NCBI GenBank assembly: GCA_001792345.1
Contig: MGGJ01000001.1
Span: forward strand, 217,710-281,709
Direction: 5' to 3'
DNA from: Candidatus Woesebacteria bacterium RIFCSPHIGHO2_01_FULL_39_32
GTDB lineage: Bacteria > Patescibacteriota > Microgenomatia > UBA8517
DNA length: 64,000 nt
Made by a program: the position numbers and the translations under genes. Shown here one piece after another: positions 40,382 to 50,493 of the stretch (the first letter of the stretch is position 1; every line of letters starts with the position of its first letter). A model generated the notes under the pieces. The model saw nothing but the letters and a program-made list of their open reading frames with translations, searched no databases and had not been told where the DNA came from.

Positions 40382-41419
40382 ATGACCAAATTATTAATAA
40401 AAGAAAACATTCCACTGAAGAATCTAACAACTTTCCATGTAGGCGGACTTGCGAGTTATTTTGCTGAAGTTAACAATAAAGAAGAGCTTACCGAAGTAGT
40501 TGGGTTCGCAAAGTCTAAAAATATTCCCATTTTTATACTTGGTGGTGGAAGCGATATTTTGATGAGCGATGAGGGTTTTCCCGGTTTGGTTTTGAGATAT
40601 AAAGACACATCGATATCTTTTAAGGTGGTAAATAATGATGTTTTGGTTACAGCAGGTGCAGGTTTAATTTGGGACGGTTTAGTGAAAGTGTGTGTTGAGA
40701 AAGGGCTTCAAGGAATAGAATGTCTATCAGGAATACCAGGGTCAGTTGGAGCTTCTCCGATACAAAACATAGGAGCTTACGGACAAGAGTTGAAAGATAC
40801 CTTTGTGAGCTTAACCGCCTACGATCTGAGAAAAGCTAAGTTTGTAACATTGGATAAAAAGTCATGTAGGTTTTCCTATCGTGAAAGCATATTTAAAGAT
40901 CCCCAACAAAAGGGTAGGTATATTATTTTGGGTTTAACTCTCAGGTTAAAAAAGGATGCTAAACCATCCCTTATCTATGAATCACTTACTTCGTATCTAT
41001 CTGATAAGAATATTAATTCTCCCACCATACGTGAAGTACGTGAAGCTATCTTGACACTCCGGGGTAGAAAACTTGAAGACCCGAAAGTCATAGGTAACGC
41101 TGGTTCGTTTTTCAAAAACCCGATGGTCGAACGTCCGATATTAACTGAAATTCAGAAGGATTTTCCTGAAGTACCATTTCACGAGGTTGCTGACCGAAAA
41201 GTAAAGCTATTTGCAGGGTGGTTGATAGAAAAATCGGGTTGGAAAGGTAAACGATACAAAAACGCGTCGGTGTCAGAGAGAAATGCTCTTGTGATTATGA
41301 ATCCTGAAGGTCGCGCCACAGCTAGGGAGGTAAAGGAATTAGCCGATAAGATTTCGAGTGCTGTAGAAAAGAAGTTTAAAATAGAACTAGAACCTGAAGT
41401 TCAATATATAGGTTTTTAA
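40382..41419 (+). CDS. murB: UDP-N-acetylenolpyruvoylglucosamine reductase MurB
   Basis: FAD-binding NLTTFHVGGLA ... ILGGGSDIL. The ATG is 2 bp after the murC stop; the ORF track's 40331 start overlaps murC. Confidence 0.8.
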   Translation: MTKLLIKENIPLKNLTTFHVGGLASYFAEVNNKEELTEVVGFAKSKNIPIFILGGGSDILMSDEGFPGLVLRYKDTSISFKVVNNDVLVTAGAGLIWDGLVKVCVEKGLQGIECLSGIPGSVGASPIQNIGAYGQELKDTFVSLTAYDLRKAKFVTLDKKSCRFSYRESIFKDPQQKGRYIILGLTLRLKKDAKPSLIYESLTSYLSDKNINSPTIREVREAILTLRGRKLEDPKVIGNAGSFFKNPMVERPILTEIQKDFPEVPFHEVADRKVKLFAGWLIEKSGWKGKRYKNASVSERNALVIMNPEGRATAREVKELADKISSAVEKKFKIELEPEVQYIGF

Positions 41420-41423
41420 AGTA

Positions 41424-42791
41424 ATGATAAACTTCAAAAACAAAAGAGTTGCAGTTTTGGGGTGGGGAATTAATGGTTTGGATGCTTTCCAGTACTTACT
41501 CAAACAAGGTGCCAATATAGCAATTTTTGATGGGAAAGGAGAAAAAGAGTTGGATTTTTCTGGGTTTGATGTTAAAGAAGCAAGACTGGTTCTGGGTAAG
41601 AAATATCTAAAAGATGGTTTAAACAGTTTTGATTATATTTTTCGAGCGCCCGGAGTTTACCGCTATCTTCCTGAAATAGTGGAGGCCGAGAATAAAGGAG
41701 TTACAGTTACCTCGGTAGTAAAATTATTCTTCGATTTATGTCCAGGCAAAATTATTGGCGTAACAGGAACAAAAGGAAAGGGAACAACAAGTACTTTAAT
41801 CTATGAAATTGTGAAAAAAGACGGCAAAGATGTGTACTTGGCCGGTAATATTGGAACTCCTATGCTTAACCTTTTACCTAAGCTTAAAGCGGAAAGCTGG
41901 GTTATCTTAGAACTATCTTCATTTCAATTAATCGATATGACTAAAAGTCCTCACATTGCTATAGTCTTGAATATTACTAAAGATCACATGGATTGGCATA
42001 AAAACCGTGAAGAATACGTTGAAGCGAAGACCCAAATAGTCAGGCATCAAAGTGATAAGGACTTTTCTATCCTAGCTTACGATTACAATGATTCAAGGAA
42101 TTTTTCAAAAATAACGAAGGCGGAAAAATATTATTTCAGCAATACTCAAAAAGTAAAAGGATCGTATGTAAAAGACGGAAAAATAATTCTGCATGTAAGA
42201 GGTCAGATGTTAGATGTAGGAAATACTAAAGATCTTTTACTTCGGGGTAAGCATAATTGGGAAAATGTATGCGGAGCTTGTTGCTCTTCTTTCCTTGCAG
42301 GAGCTGGTATAGATTCAATTAAAGAAACTATATTTTCTTTTAAAGGACTTGAACATAGACTCGAGCTTGTAAATAAGGTTAAAGGTGTTACTTTCTATAA
42401 TGATTCCTTTTCGACTAATCCGCAAACGACTATTGCAGCGATTCATTCATTTGAAGAACCATTGACAATAATTTTAGGAGGATCAGATAAAGGTTTGAAT
42501 TATGATGAAATGGGTAGAGAGATTAGTAAAAGTCATAATATTAAAAATGTTGTATTAATAGGCGATATTTCGGGAATGATAGAAAAAGCAATCGAAAAAG
42601 CAAACTACAAAGGAAAAATATTAAAACTTGGTAAATCTGATATTAAAAAAATTGTTAAAAGGTGTTTAGAAATAACCCCAAAAGGCGGAGTAGCTCTTTT
42701 ATCGCCCGCAACTGCTTCTTTTGATATGTTTAAAGATTATAAAGACAGAGGAAATCAGTTCAAGGAAGCTGTGAGGTTGTTGAAAAAATGA
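41424..42791 (+). CDS. murD: UDP-N-acetylmuramoylalanine--D-glutamate ligase MurD
   Basis: GVTGTKGKGTTSTL P-loop with a short N-terminal Rossmann domain. Confidence 0.85.
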   Translation: MINFKNKRVAVLGWGINGLDAFQYLLKQGANIAIFDGKGEKELDFSGFDVKEARLVLGKKYLKDGLNSFDYIFRAPGVYRYLPEIVEAENKGVTVTSVVKLFFDLCPGKIIGVTGTKGKGTTSTLIYEIVKKDGKDVYLAGNIGTPMLNLLPKLKAESWVILELSSFQLIDMTKSPHIAIVLNITKDHMDWHKNREEYVEAKTQIVRHQSDKDFSILAYDYNDSRNFSKITKAEKYYFSNTQKVKGSYVKDGKIILHVRGQMLDVGNTKDLLLRGKHNWENVCGACCSSFLAGAGIDSIKETIFSFKGLEHRLELVNKVKGVTFYNDSFSTNPQTTIAAIHSFEEPLTIILGGSDKGLNYDEMGREISKSHNIKNVVLIGDISGMIEKAIEKANYKGKILKLGKSDIKKIVKRCLEITPKGGVALLSPATASFDMFKDYKDRGNQFKEAVRLLKK

Positions 42792-42798
42792 GATAGAA

Positions 42799-43677
42799 TT
42801 ACCAACGGCCTTGGTCTATAAATTTCCTAAATTCGGCCATTATTTTCTTCGTAACCTCGCCTGGTTTTCCGTTACCGATTACTGTATTATCCACCTTCAC
42901 AACAGGTAAAATTTCTTTGTTACTGGCAGAAAGAAATAATTCATCTGCATGGTAGAGCTCATTAATTTTGACTTCCCTCATTTTTGTGGGATATAGCTTT
43001 TTACACATACTCATAACCAGCTCTCTTGTTATTCCCGGTAAAGTTTCTCCATCAGGAGTAATTATCTTTTCATTTTTTATCAAAAATAAATTACTGGTTG
43101 TACCTTCGAATACTTTGTTATTTTTTTTATGGATGTAAACCGATTCAATTGCGTCTTTCTTTCTAGCCAGTATATTCGCTTTTACAGCTTGAATATAATT
43201 TAGGCTTTTTGCCTGAGGAGACTCGCGGTTGAAATCAAAAGTTACTACCTTTGCACCTTTTTTGTATAATGATTCCGGAAATCTTTTTCTATCGTTTAAA
43301 GAAATTACAATTGTGGGTTTCTTGCCCAGGCTAATTGCATTTTCGCTTTCGCCACCTGTTATTATTATTCTAATACCTTTTTCTTTCCCATTTTTATTTT
43401 TGTTTATTGTTTTAATAATAAGTTTTTCTATAAATGAGGTTTTGTAAGGAATTTCTAGACCTATGAGTTTCGCGGAATTATAGAGTCTTTTTAGGTGCCT
43501 TTTAATTAAAAAGGGGCGGCCTCCGTTATAAGTCACTAAGAAATCAAAAACTCCGTACCCCCTTAAAAGTCCTAGGTCACTTACACTTATTTTGGCTTCG
43601 TTTTTAGGTATATATTTCCCGTTCACATAATAAATAGGTTCTGATTTTTTCATAATAATATTTTCGAATTGTAGCAA
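42799..43677 (-). CDS. Class IV (fold-type IV) PLP aminotransferase, D-amino-acid or branched-chain type
   Basis: YGVFDFLVTYNGGRPFLIKRHLKRLYNSAKLIGLEIP pattern typical of Dat/IlvE. It is the only minus-strand gene inside the dcw cluster. Confidence 0.7.
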   Translation of the reverse strand: MLQFENIIMKKSEPIYYVNGKYIPKNEAKISVSDLGLLRGYGVFDFLVTYNGGRPFLIKRHLKRLYNSAKLIGLEIPYKTSFIEKLIIKTINKNKNGKEKGIRIIITGGESENAISLGKKPTIVISLNDRKRFPESLYKKGAKVVTFDFNRESPQAKSLNYIQAVKANILARKKDAIESVYIHKKNNKVFEGTTSNLFLIKNEKIITPDGETLPGITRELVMSMCKKLYPTKMREVKINELYHADELFLSASNKEILPVVKVDNTVIGNGKPGEVTKKIMAEFRKFIDQGRW

Positions 43678-43728
43678 AATTTAGCTAGTTTAGTATAAGG
43701 AAATTGGAATAATGCTAAAATTGATTGT

Positions 43729-44445
43729 ATGTCAGATAAAAACATAGTTCTTTTACATGGATGGGGAGCGGCAACTTATAATCTTGAACCTTTGAAAAGT
43801 GAGTTTGAAAAATTAGGTTGGCAAGTTTTACTTCCCCAACTAGCAGGTTTTGAAAAACCTGCTCCTAAAGAAGTGTGGGGAATAAAGGAATATTCCAACT
43901 ATGTGCGTGAAGAAGCAGTAAATGTTTTTGGAAAAGATAAGTTTTTTGTTTTCGGCCATTCATTTGGCGGGGGTGTTGCTATTAAATTGGCATCAAGTAA
44001 TTCAAAAAATCTCTCTGGAGTAATATTATGCGCTACAAGAGGTATATCTCGTGGAAAGTCGGTTAAAAGACTTTTATTTACCACTTTGGCTAAAACAGGG
44101 AAATTATTTTTAGTGACACCTCAGTTGGCTCAAAAGTTTAGAAAATTACTTTATAAAGCTGCTCGTGAGCATGATTATGAAAAAACACAGGGAATTATGA
44201 GAGAGGTATTCAAAAAAGTTGTTTCCGAAGATCTAAAGCCATCGTTACATAATATTAAAGTTCCCACTCTCATTTTGTGGGGGGAAGATGATAAAATGAC
44301 GCCGATAAAAGATGCGAAATATATAAAATCGGTTCTTTCCAAAAGTAAACTTGTTACTTATAAAGATCAGGGACATAAACTTCCGTACGAAAAACCAAAA
44401 GTGCTAGCTAAAGAAATTGAATTATGGTCGAAACAATTACATTAG
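43729..44445 (+). CDS. Alpha/beta-fold hydrolase
   Basis: Nucleophile elbow GHSFGG; Asp and His candidates near the C-terminus. Confidence 0.6.
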   Translation: MSDKNIVLLHGWGAATYNLEPLKSEFEKLGWQVLLPQLAGFEKPAPKEVWGIKEYSNYVREEAVNVFGKDKFFVFGHSFGGGVAIKLASSNSKNLSGVILCATRGISRGKSVKRLLFTTLAKTGKLFLVTPQLAQKFRKLLYKAAREHDYEKTQGIMREVFKKVVSEDLKPSLHNIKVPTLILWGEDDKMTPIKDAKYIKSVLSKSKLVTYKDQGHKLPYEKPKVLAKEIELWSKQLH

Positions 44446-46034
44446 TTATAATTCTTTTTTGGTTGCCACAAGCAATTTACCAAGTTCTTAATTGGACTTA
44501 CTGGTGGCAGGTCAAAGAATATAGATTCGATAGGTTTTTTGTCTTTCTGAAAACAAAGGACGGGAAGGAAAAATTAGACTTAATTCCAATCTTTCTTAAG
44601 CTCTCCATTTTAATAATAGCGATATTTAAACCTCTATTTATATGGCTAGGTTTATTTTTATTAATATTAGTGGACCTCAAACTTTTCCGAGAAACAGCGC
44701 AAAAAAGTATCAGAAAACCCATTGTAACCGAGCGGGTAAAGAAAATTCTGGCAACTTGTCTCTTGGGGATAATCCTCACACTACTAGTTTATTGGTATTT
44801 TAACAATATTGCATTCAGTTTATTTATTGGAGAAGTATTGTTGCTCTTAAGTCCCTTAGCTGGAATGCTTTGGACAATTCCGATTGTGAATAAAATTAAA
44901 ATAGAGGAAATCGAAAAGGCTCAAAAAGTTCTTAAAAAAATTAAACCAACAGTAATTGGAATTACCGGAAGCTACGGTAAAACTACCACTAAAGAATTTG
45001 TAGCACACTTTCTGTCTCAAAAATATGAAACTGCAAGAACAGAAGGAAGTGAAAATACTGAATTTGGAATTGCTAGGAAAACCTATAAAAATGTAGCAAA
45101 AGGAACCAAATTTTTTGTTGTTGAAATGGGTGCTTATAGAGTGGGAGAAATAAAACGCCTTGCCGATATTGTTCATCCACAATTAGGAATAATAACCGGA
45201 ATAGAAGAGCAACATTTGTCTTTGTTTGGTAGCCTGGAAAATATTAAAAAGGCAAAGTTTGAGTTAATAGAAAGCTTACCCAGAAGCGGCGCCGCAATAT
45301 TCAATTACTCCAATGAATACAGTCAAGAACTTGTTAAATGGGTGCGTCAACTAAGAACAAATCTGAAAGTTTTGACATACTATGTAAGAGATAAGATAGA
45401 GCAAGGTAAGTCAAATGCTGATATTGAATCCGAAGTTTTATCGGTCGATGCCGAAAAAGTGCGATTCAAAGTAGATTATAAAGGAGAATCAAAAATTCTT
45501 TCAGCTACCTTACCGGGCTTACATTTTTTGGAGAACTTAACATGCGCCATTTTAGTAGCAAGATATTTTGGAGTTCCTTGGAGTAATATAAAAAAGGCCT
45601 GCTTAAATATTGCAATGCCGGAAAATACAATGGATGTTTATAAAACAAAAGCCGGTAGTACGATTATTGACGACACTCATAATGCTACACCTTTAGCTTT
45701 TGAATCAGCATTAAAATATCTTTCCTACTTTCGAGGAAAAAGAAAATTTGTCATTACTGGCGGTATTATCGAATTGGGTAATAAGACTGACTCTGCTCAT
45801 TATGAAATAGGCAAAATCATGGCACAAACGATAGATAAAGTAATTCTTACAAATGACGATTATTACTCAAGTGTTAAGTCTGGGCTTGGTAATGAATCTG
45901 GCAAACTTATTTCAGGATCAGAAAATGAGTTGCAATCAGAAATTGGAAAAATAATTAATTTAAATGATGCTGTTGTCCTCCTCGAGGGTCGTTTACCGTC
46001 TAGAATTATGGAATTAATACAAAGTTCAAAATGA
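44424..46034 (+). CDS. murF: UDP-MurNAc-tripeptide--D-Ala-D-Ala ligase MurF with an atypical hydrophobic N-terminal extension
   Basis: GITGSYGKTTTKE P-loop at residue ~178 of the longest ORF, preceded by 4-5 predicted TM helices instead of the usual soluble N-domain. Confidence 0.7.
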   Translation: MVETITLVIILFWLPQAIYQVLNWTYWWQVKEYRFDRFFVFLKTKDGKEKLDLIPIFLKLSILIIAIFKPLFIWLGLFLLILVDLKLFRETAQKSIRKPIVTERVKKILATCLLGIILTLLVYWYFNNIAFSLFIGEVLLLLSPLAGMLWTIPIVNKIKIEEIEKAQKVLKKIKPTVIGITGSYGKTTTKEFVAHFLSQKYETARTEGSENTEFGIARKTYKNVAKGTKFFVVEMGAYRVGEIKRLADIVHPQLGIITGIEEQHLSLFGSLENIKKAKFELIESLPRSGAAIFNYSNEYSQELVKWVRQLRTNLKVLTYYVRDKIEQGKSNADIESEVLSVDAEKVRFKVDYKGESKILSATLPGLHFLENLTCAILVARYFGVPWSNIKKACLNIAMPENTMDVYKTKAGSTIIDDTHNATPLAFESALKYLSYFRGKRKFVITGGIIELGNKTDSAHYEIGKIMAQTIDKVILTNDDYYSSVKSGLGNESGKLISGSENELQSEIGKIINLNDAVVLLEGRLPSRIMELIQSSK

Positions 46035-47278
46035 AAAGACCAATTGCTATATCACTTTCACCCAATACAGAGAAAGACGATGTAATTCTGGCTATAAAAC
46101 TTTTTTTTTCCCCGATAAGGTGGTTTAATTTTAGGGAGACCGAGAAGCTGGAGATCGAATTTGCAGCACGTTTTGGGAATAAATACCAAGCCCTGGCGGT
46201 AAACAGCGGCAGAAGCGCTTTATATTTGATTCTTAGTGCTCTCGGAATAAAAGATTTTGACGAAGTTGCAATACAAGCTCTCACATGTGTGGCGGTTCCA
46301 AACTCAGTTCTGTGGTTGAAGGCAAAACCCTTATACATAGATGTTGATGACACTTTCAATTTAAGCCCAAAAGATCTTAGTGAAAAAATCGGTGAAAAAA
46401 CGAAGGCAATTATTGTTCAACACACATTTGGTGTAGCTGCAGAAATGCATTCGATATTAAAAATAGCTCGAAAAAGAAAAATTCCTATTATCGAAGATTG
46501 TGCTTTAGCTTTGGGGGGTAAATATGACAACAAGTTACTTGGAACTCTGGGAGACATATCTTTTTTCAGCTTTGGGCGAGATAAAGTAATATCAAGCGTA
46601 TTTGGGGGCATGATTCTTTGTAAGGACCAAAAACTATACGAGAAGCTATTAGATGTGAGAGATAACTTAGATTATCCGGGGCCTCGTTGGGTGATGCAGC
46701 AACTTTTACACCCAGTTCTTCTTAGTTTAATTCTACCTTTTTACAACATTGGTCTTGGGAAAGTAACTTTTGGTAAATTAATGCTTTTTCTACTCCAAAA
46801 GTTTGGGATATTATCAAAAGCAGTTTACTGGGAAGAAGAACTCGGGCAGAAGCCTAAAGTTTTCCCGGCAAAACTCCCCGGTGCTTTCTCGATTTTGGCT
46901 CTGAATCAACTTCATAAACTTGATAGGTTTAATCTTCACCGAAAAGAAATTGCTAATATTTATTTTCAAAAACTCAAATCGTCCGGTATTAAGTTGCCCA
47001 ATAAAAATAAAGGATCAATTTGGGTGAGATTTCCGGTTGTACACGAAAATGCAAAAAATATTTTTAATTGTGCAAAAAGAAAAGGCGTTCTTTTAGGAGA
47101 TTGGTACAAGGACGTAGTTGTGCCCGTTAAGAATCTGTCTGTGGTTAATTATGAAAGAGGTAGTTGTCCAAATGCCCAGATGCTTGCAGGTAAAATCATT
47201 AATCTCCCAACATACCCTTCTTTGAGTAAAAGGCAGGCTCTAGAAGTAGTTCAATTACTTAAATCATGTCTAAATTAG
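46031..47278 (+). CDS. DegT/DnrJ/EryC1/StrS-family PLP-dependent sugar aminotransferase/dehydratase
   Basis: ALAVNSGRSALYLILSALGI and downstream conserved GGKYDNKLLGTLGDISFFSFGRDK (a Lys in FGRDK), typical of the DegT family. Confidence 0.7.
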   Translation: MKRPIAISLSPNTEKDDVILAIKLFFSPIRWFNFRETEKLEIEFAARFGNKYQALAVNSGRSALYLILSALGIKDFDEVAIQALTCVAVPNSVLWLKAKPLYIDVDDTFNLSPKDLSEKIGEKTKAIIVQHTFGVAAEMHSILKIARKRKIPIIEDCALALGGKYDNKLLGTLGDISFFSFGRDKVISSVFGGMILCKDQKLYEKLLDVRDNLDYPGPRWVMQQLLHPVLLSLILPFYNIGLGKVTFGKLMLFLLQKFGILSKAVYWEEELGQKPKVFPAKLPGAFSILALNQLHKLDRFNLHRKEIANIYFQKLKSSGIKLPNKNKGSIWVRFPVVHENAKNIFNCAKRKGVLLGDWYKDVVVPVKNLSVVNYERGSCPNAQMLAGKIINLPTYPSLSKRQALEVVQLLKSCLN

Positions 47279-48288
47279 AAATAAAAGAAATATCGGATAA
47301 GTCTCTTTGGGAAAAATTTTTGCTTTCCCGAAATCCTGGTACTTTCCTGCAATCTTGGAACTGGGGAGAAACGAATAGATTGTTGGGATTTAAAATTTCA
47401 AGGTTAGGATTTTATAAAGGGAAAGTTTTGGTTGGAATAACTCAGCTCATACACCAACCCGCCAAAAGGGGCCATCATTTTCTGATACCTGGTGGGCCGG
47501 TAATCGATTATGGAAACAAAAACCTTTTAAAGTTTGTTACAGAATCTATTGGAGAATACGTCCGCAAAGAGAAAGTTTGGTTTGTAAGGATACGGCCGGA
47601 TCAACCTGATTCAGAAGAACTTCGCACATTACTGATAAATCAAGGGTTTATTTTTGCCCCTATGCATTTGCATGGCGAACACACTCTCATAATTGATATA
47701 ACGAAGCCTGAGGAGGAGATCTTAAAAAATATGAGAAAAACAACTAGATATTTGATAAGAAAAAGTTTGAATGAAGGATTCAAGATGCGAGTATCGAAAA
47801 ATCCTGAAGATACAGATATATTGTTTGACTTGCAGAAGGCAACTGCTAAAAGACACCGTTTTGTAGGTTTTACGAAGAAACTCTTTGAGGCACAACTTGA
47901 AACATTCGGAAAAGACGGCCAATCGGAACTATTTATTTGCGAGAAGGAGGGGATACCGATAGTGGCTGCTATTATCATCTTTTATGGCGAAAAGGCATTT
48001 TATCATCACAGTGGTTCTTCAGAAACGGCTCGTAGTACTAATGCGTCATATTTTACACAATGGCAGATTATAAAAAGAGCAAGAGAGCTTGGGAAAAAAT
48101 ATTACGATTTTTGGGGGATTGCACCTACCGAGAATCCCAGACATAGATTTGCCGGAGTTACTACTTTTAAGAAAGGATTTGGCGGCGTTAGGGTAAATTG
48201 GATTCATGCGCACGACTTACCAATAACTCCTTTGTATTGGACAACACATGCCTTTGAAACAGGAAGAAGAATTTTCAGACGTTTGTGA
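47266..48288 (+). CDS. FemAB-family peptidyltransferase (lipid II amino-acid branch transferase)
   Basis: N-terminal ...DKSLWEKFLLSRNPGTFLQSWNWGE and an overall twin-GNAT length pattern of FemX/MurM enzymes. Confidence 0.65.
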   Translation: MSKLEIKEISDKSLWEKFLLSRNPGTFLQSWNWGETNRLLGFKISRLGFYKGKVLVGITQLIHQPAKRGHHFLIPGGPVIDYGNKNLLKFVTESIGEYVRKEKVWFVRIRPDQPDSEELRTLLINQGFIFAPMHLHGEHTLIIDITKPEEEILKNMRKTTRYLIRKSLNEGFKMRVSKNPEDTDILFDLQKATAKRHRFVGFTKKLFEAQLETFGKDGQSELFICEKEGIPIVAAIIIFYGEKAFYHHSGSSETARSTNASYFTQWQIIKRARELGKKYYDFWGIAPTENPRHRFAGVTTFKKGFGGVRVNWIHAHDLPITPLYWTTHAFETGRRIFRRL

Positions 48289-48334
48289 AAAGGCCGCAAT
48301 GCCATTATAATACAGCTACTGTACGAGTAAAATT

Positions 48335-49390
48335 ATGACAATGCCAACTTTACTGCCCTTGGCTTTAGGCCTTCTTTTATTTTCATTTTTCGTAACTAGC
48401 GTTTTTATAGTTCCTTTTATTAACCTTCTTTACAAGTTCAAGTTAACTCGGAAGAAGGAGGCTCCGGCAAAGGGGAAAATTCCGCTTTTTGATATATTGC
48501 ATGATAGAAAGGCGGGGACTCCGGTCGGTGGTGGAATCATAATAATATTGATTGTCTTGGGACTTTTTGCTTTTCTTTTTCCACTTGCTTCACGAATGGG
48601 AGTTTATATCAGAAGCTCGTATAATTTTAAAATAGAACTTTTTGTAATTTTTTTTACGTTTGTATCATTCGGTATTCTTGGATTATCGGACGACTTTATG
48701 AAAATATTTGGCAAGCCTAAACAAGGCAGTTTGGGTTTGTGGTTTGGATTAACACGAAGAAAGAAATTTTTACTGCAATTACTATTAGCAAGTGCAATTG
48801 GTTATATTCTCTATAGCCTATTAGGGATAAACATTGTTTACTTACCACTATTTGATAATATTATTCGCTTAGGGATTTGGTATATTCCTTTTGCAGCCTT
48901 CGTAATTATTTCATTTTCTAACGCATTCAATATAACAGATGGTTTAGATGGGTTGGCTACTGGTTTACTCATAATTTGCCTGACGGCTTTTGGGGCAATA
49001 GCTGCCGGGAATCTTGATACTCCACTTTCTTCTTTCATTGCTTTATGGCTGGGGACTCTTTTAGCATTTGCTTACTTTAACGTATGGCCGGCACGTGTTC
49101 ATTTGGGTGATGTGGGAGCACTTTCTTTTGGAGCGATGCTGGCTCTCATTGGGCTACTTACGGGTAATATTGTAGCACTTATTGTAATTGGAGGTCTTTT
49201 TGTACTTGAGGCGGTGTCTTCTGCTGTACAAATTCTGGGATGGAAGATTCTTAAAAAACCAATCTTACCACTTGCTCCCTTACATAATACATTTTTGGCC
49301 ATTGGTTGGGAGGAGCCTAAAATTGTTATGAGAGCATGGTTTGCAGGGATTATGTTAGCAATTTTCGGACTTTGGCTAGCAACGATTTAA
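48335..49390 (+). CDS. mraY: Phospho-N-acetylmuramoyl-pentapeptide transferase MraY
   Basis: NAFNITDGLDGLA motif; 10 TM helices. Confidence 0.85.
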   Translation: MTMPTLLPLALGLLLFSFFVTSVFIVPFINLLYKFKLTRKKEAPAKGKIPLFDILHDRKAGTPVGGGIIIILIVLGLFAFLFPLASRMGVYIRSSYNFKIELFVIFFTFVSFGILGLSDDFMKIFGKPKQGSLGLWFGLTRRKKFLLQLLLASAIGYILYSLLGINIVYLPLFDNIIRLGIWYIPFAAFVIISFSNAFNITDGLDGLATGLLIICLTAFGAIAAGNLDTPLSSFIALWLGTLLAFAYFNVWPARVHLGDVGALSFGAMLALIGLLTGNIVALIVIGGLFVLEAVSSAVQILGWKILKKPILPLAPLHNTFLAIGWEEPKIVMRAWFAGIMLAIFGLWLATI

Positions 49391-49401
49391 TGAATTGAAG
49401 T

Positions 49402-50493
49402 GTGCGAAAAAACAAATTACAAAGACAAGCCTCAACAATTGATAAGAAGTTTTTACTTTTGAGTCTCTTTCTGACAGTTGTCGGACTCGTTGCATTGGCA
49501 GACGCTTCTGCTCCTTTGGCTCAGAGAAATTTTGGAGATAAATTTTTCTTCCTCAAACAACAAATTGTCTGGGCGGGTGTAGGAATTGTGCTTCTTTTCA
49601 TCGCATCTAAAATCCATTATAGGCTTTGGGAAAAAATCGCAACTATTATTTTTTTCTTGAGCCTTTTTGGCATGTTGATGGTTTTTATTCCCGGAATTGG
49701 CACGAAACTTTTGGGTGCAAGAAGATGGTTAGTTCTTGGTCCAATAACTATTCAACCTTCTGAATTTTTAAAGTTAACCCTTGCAATATATTTGGCCAAA
49801 GTGTCATCCAAAAACAAAAAGCTGGCAGCCTATTTTGTTCCTCTAATCTTAGCTTTATCTCTAATTATGCTCCAGCCAGATCTCGGTACTGCTATCGTAG
49901 TTTCGACAATCGGGATGGCTCAGCTTTTTGTGTCCGGTATTAGTCTAATCTACTTTGCATCAACTCTAGCTTTAGGTGGAGTACTTGGTTTTATTTTAAT
50001 TATTACCTCAGAATACAGACGGGATAGGTTACTGACTTTTTTCGAACAAACCCGTGATCCCCTGGATAAGAGCTATCATATACGCCAAATATTACTGGCA
50101 TTAGGTTCTGGTGGCCTTTTCGGAGTAGGCTTAGGTCAAAGTAGACAAAAGTATCTTTTTTTACCAGAAACCGCGACTGATTCGATCTTTGCGATAATTG
50201 CCGAAGAAATCGGATTTCTGGGAGCAAGCATTTTAATAATTATAATTGTGATTTTCGTCATTCGCGGATTTGCAATTGCGAGGGCATCTCCTGATACGTT
50301 TTCGCGAGTACTTTCTTGCGGAATAATGTCTTGGATTGGTGCACAAACACTTCTCAACATTGGATCTATGGTTGCTATAGTACCTTTGACCGGCATACCT
50401 CTCCCGTTTTTTTCCTACGGAGGATCATCATTGATCGCCCTTCTCATTGGTTGCGGAATACTTTTAAATATTTCAAAATATGGCAAAGAATAA
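49402..50493 (+). CDS. ftsW: SEDS-family peptidoglycan glycosyltransferase FtsW/RodA
   Basis: Polytopic; conserved ...LQPDLGTA... and C-terminal PLPFFSYGGSS motifs of FtsW/RodA. Confidence 0.85.
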   Translation: MRKNKLQRQASTIDKKFLLLSLFLTVVGLVALADASAPLAQRNFGDKFFFLKQQIVWAGVGIVLLFIASKIHYRLWEKIATIIFFLSLFGMLMVFIPGIGTKLLGARRWLVLGPITIQPSEFLKLTLAIYLAKVSSKNKKLAAYFVPLILALSLIMLQPDLGTAIVVSTIGMAQLFVSGISLIYFASTLALGGVLGFILIITSEYRRDRLLTFFEQTRDPLDKSYHIRQILLALGSGGLFGVGLGQSRQKYLFLPETATDSIFAIIAEEIGFLGASILIIIIVIFVIRGFAIARASPDTFSRVLSCGIMSWIGAQTLLNIGSMVAIVPLTGIPLPFFSYGGSSLIALLIGCGILLNISKYGKE

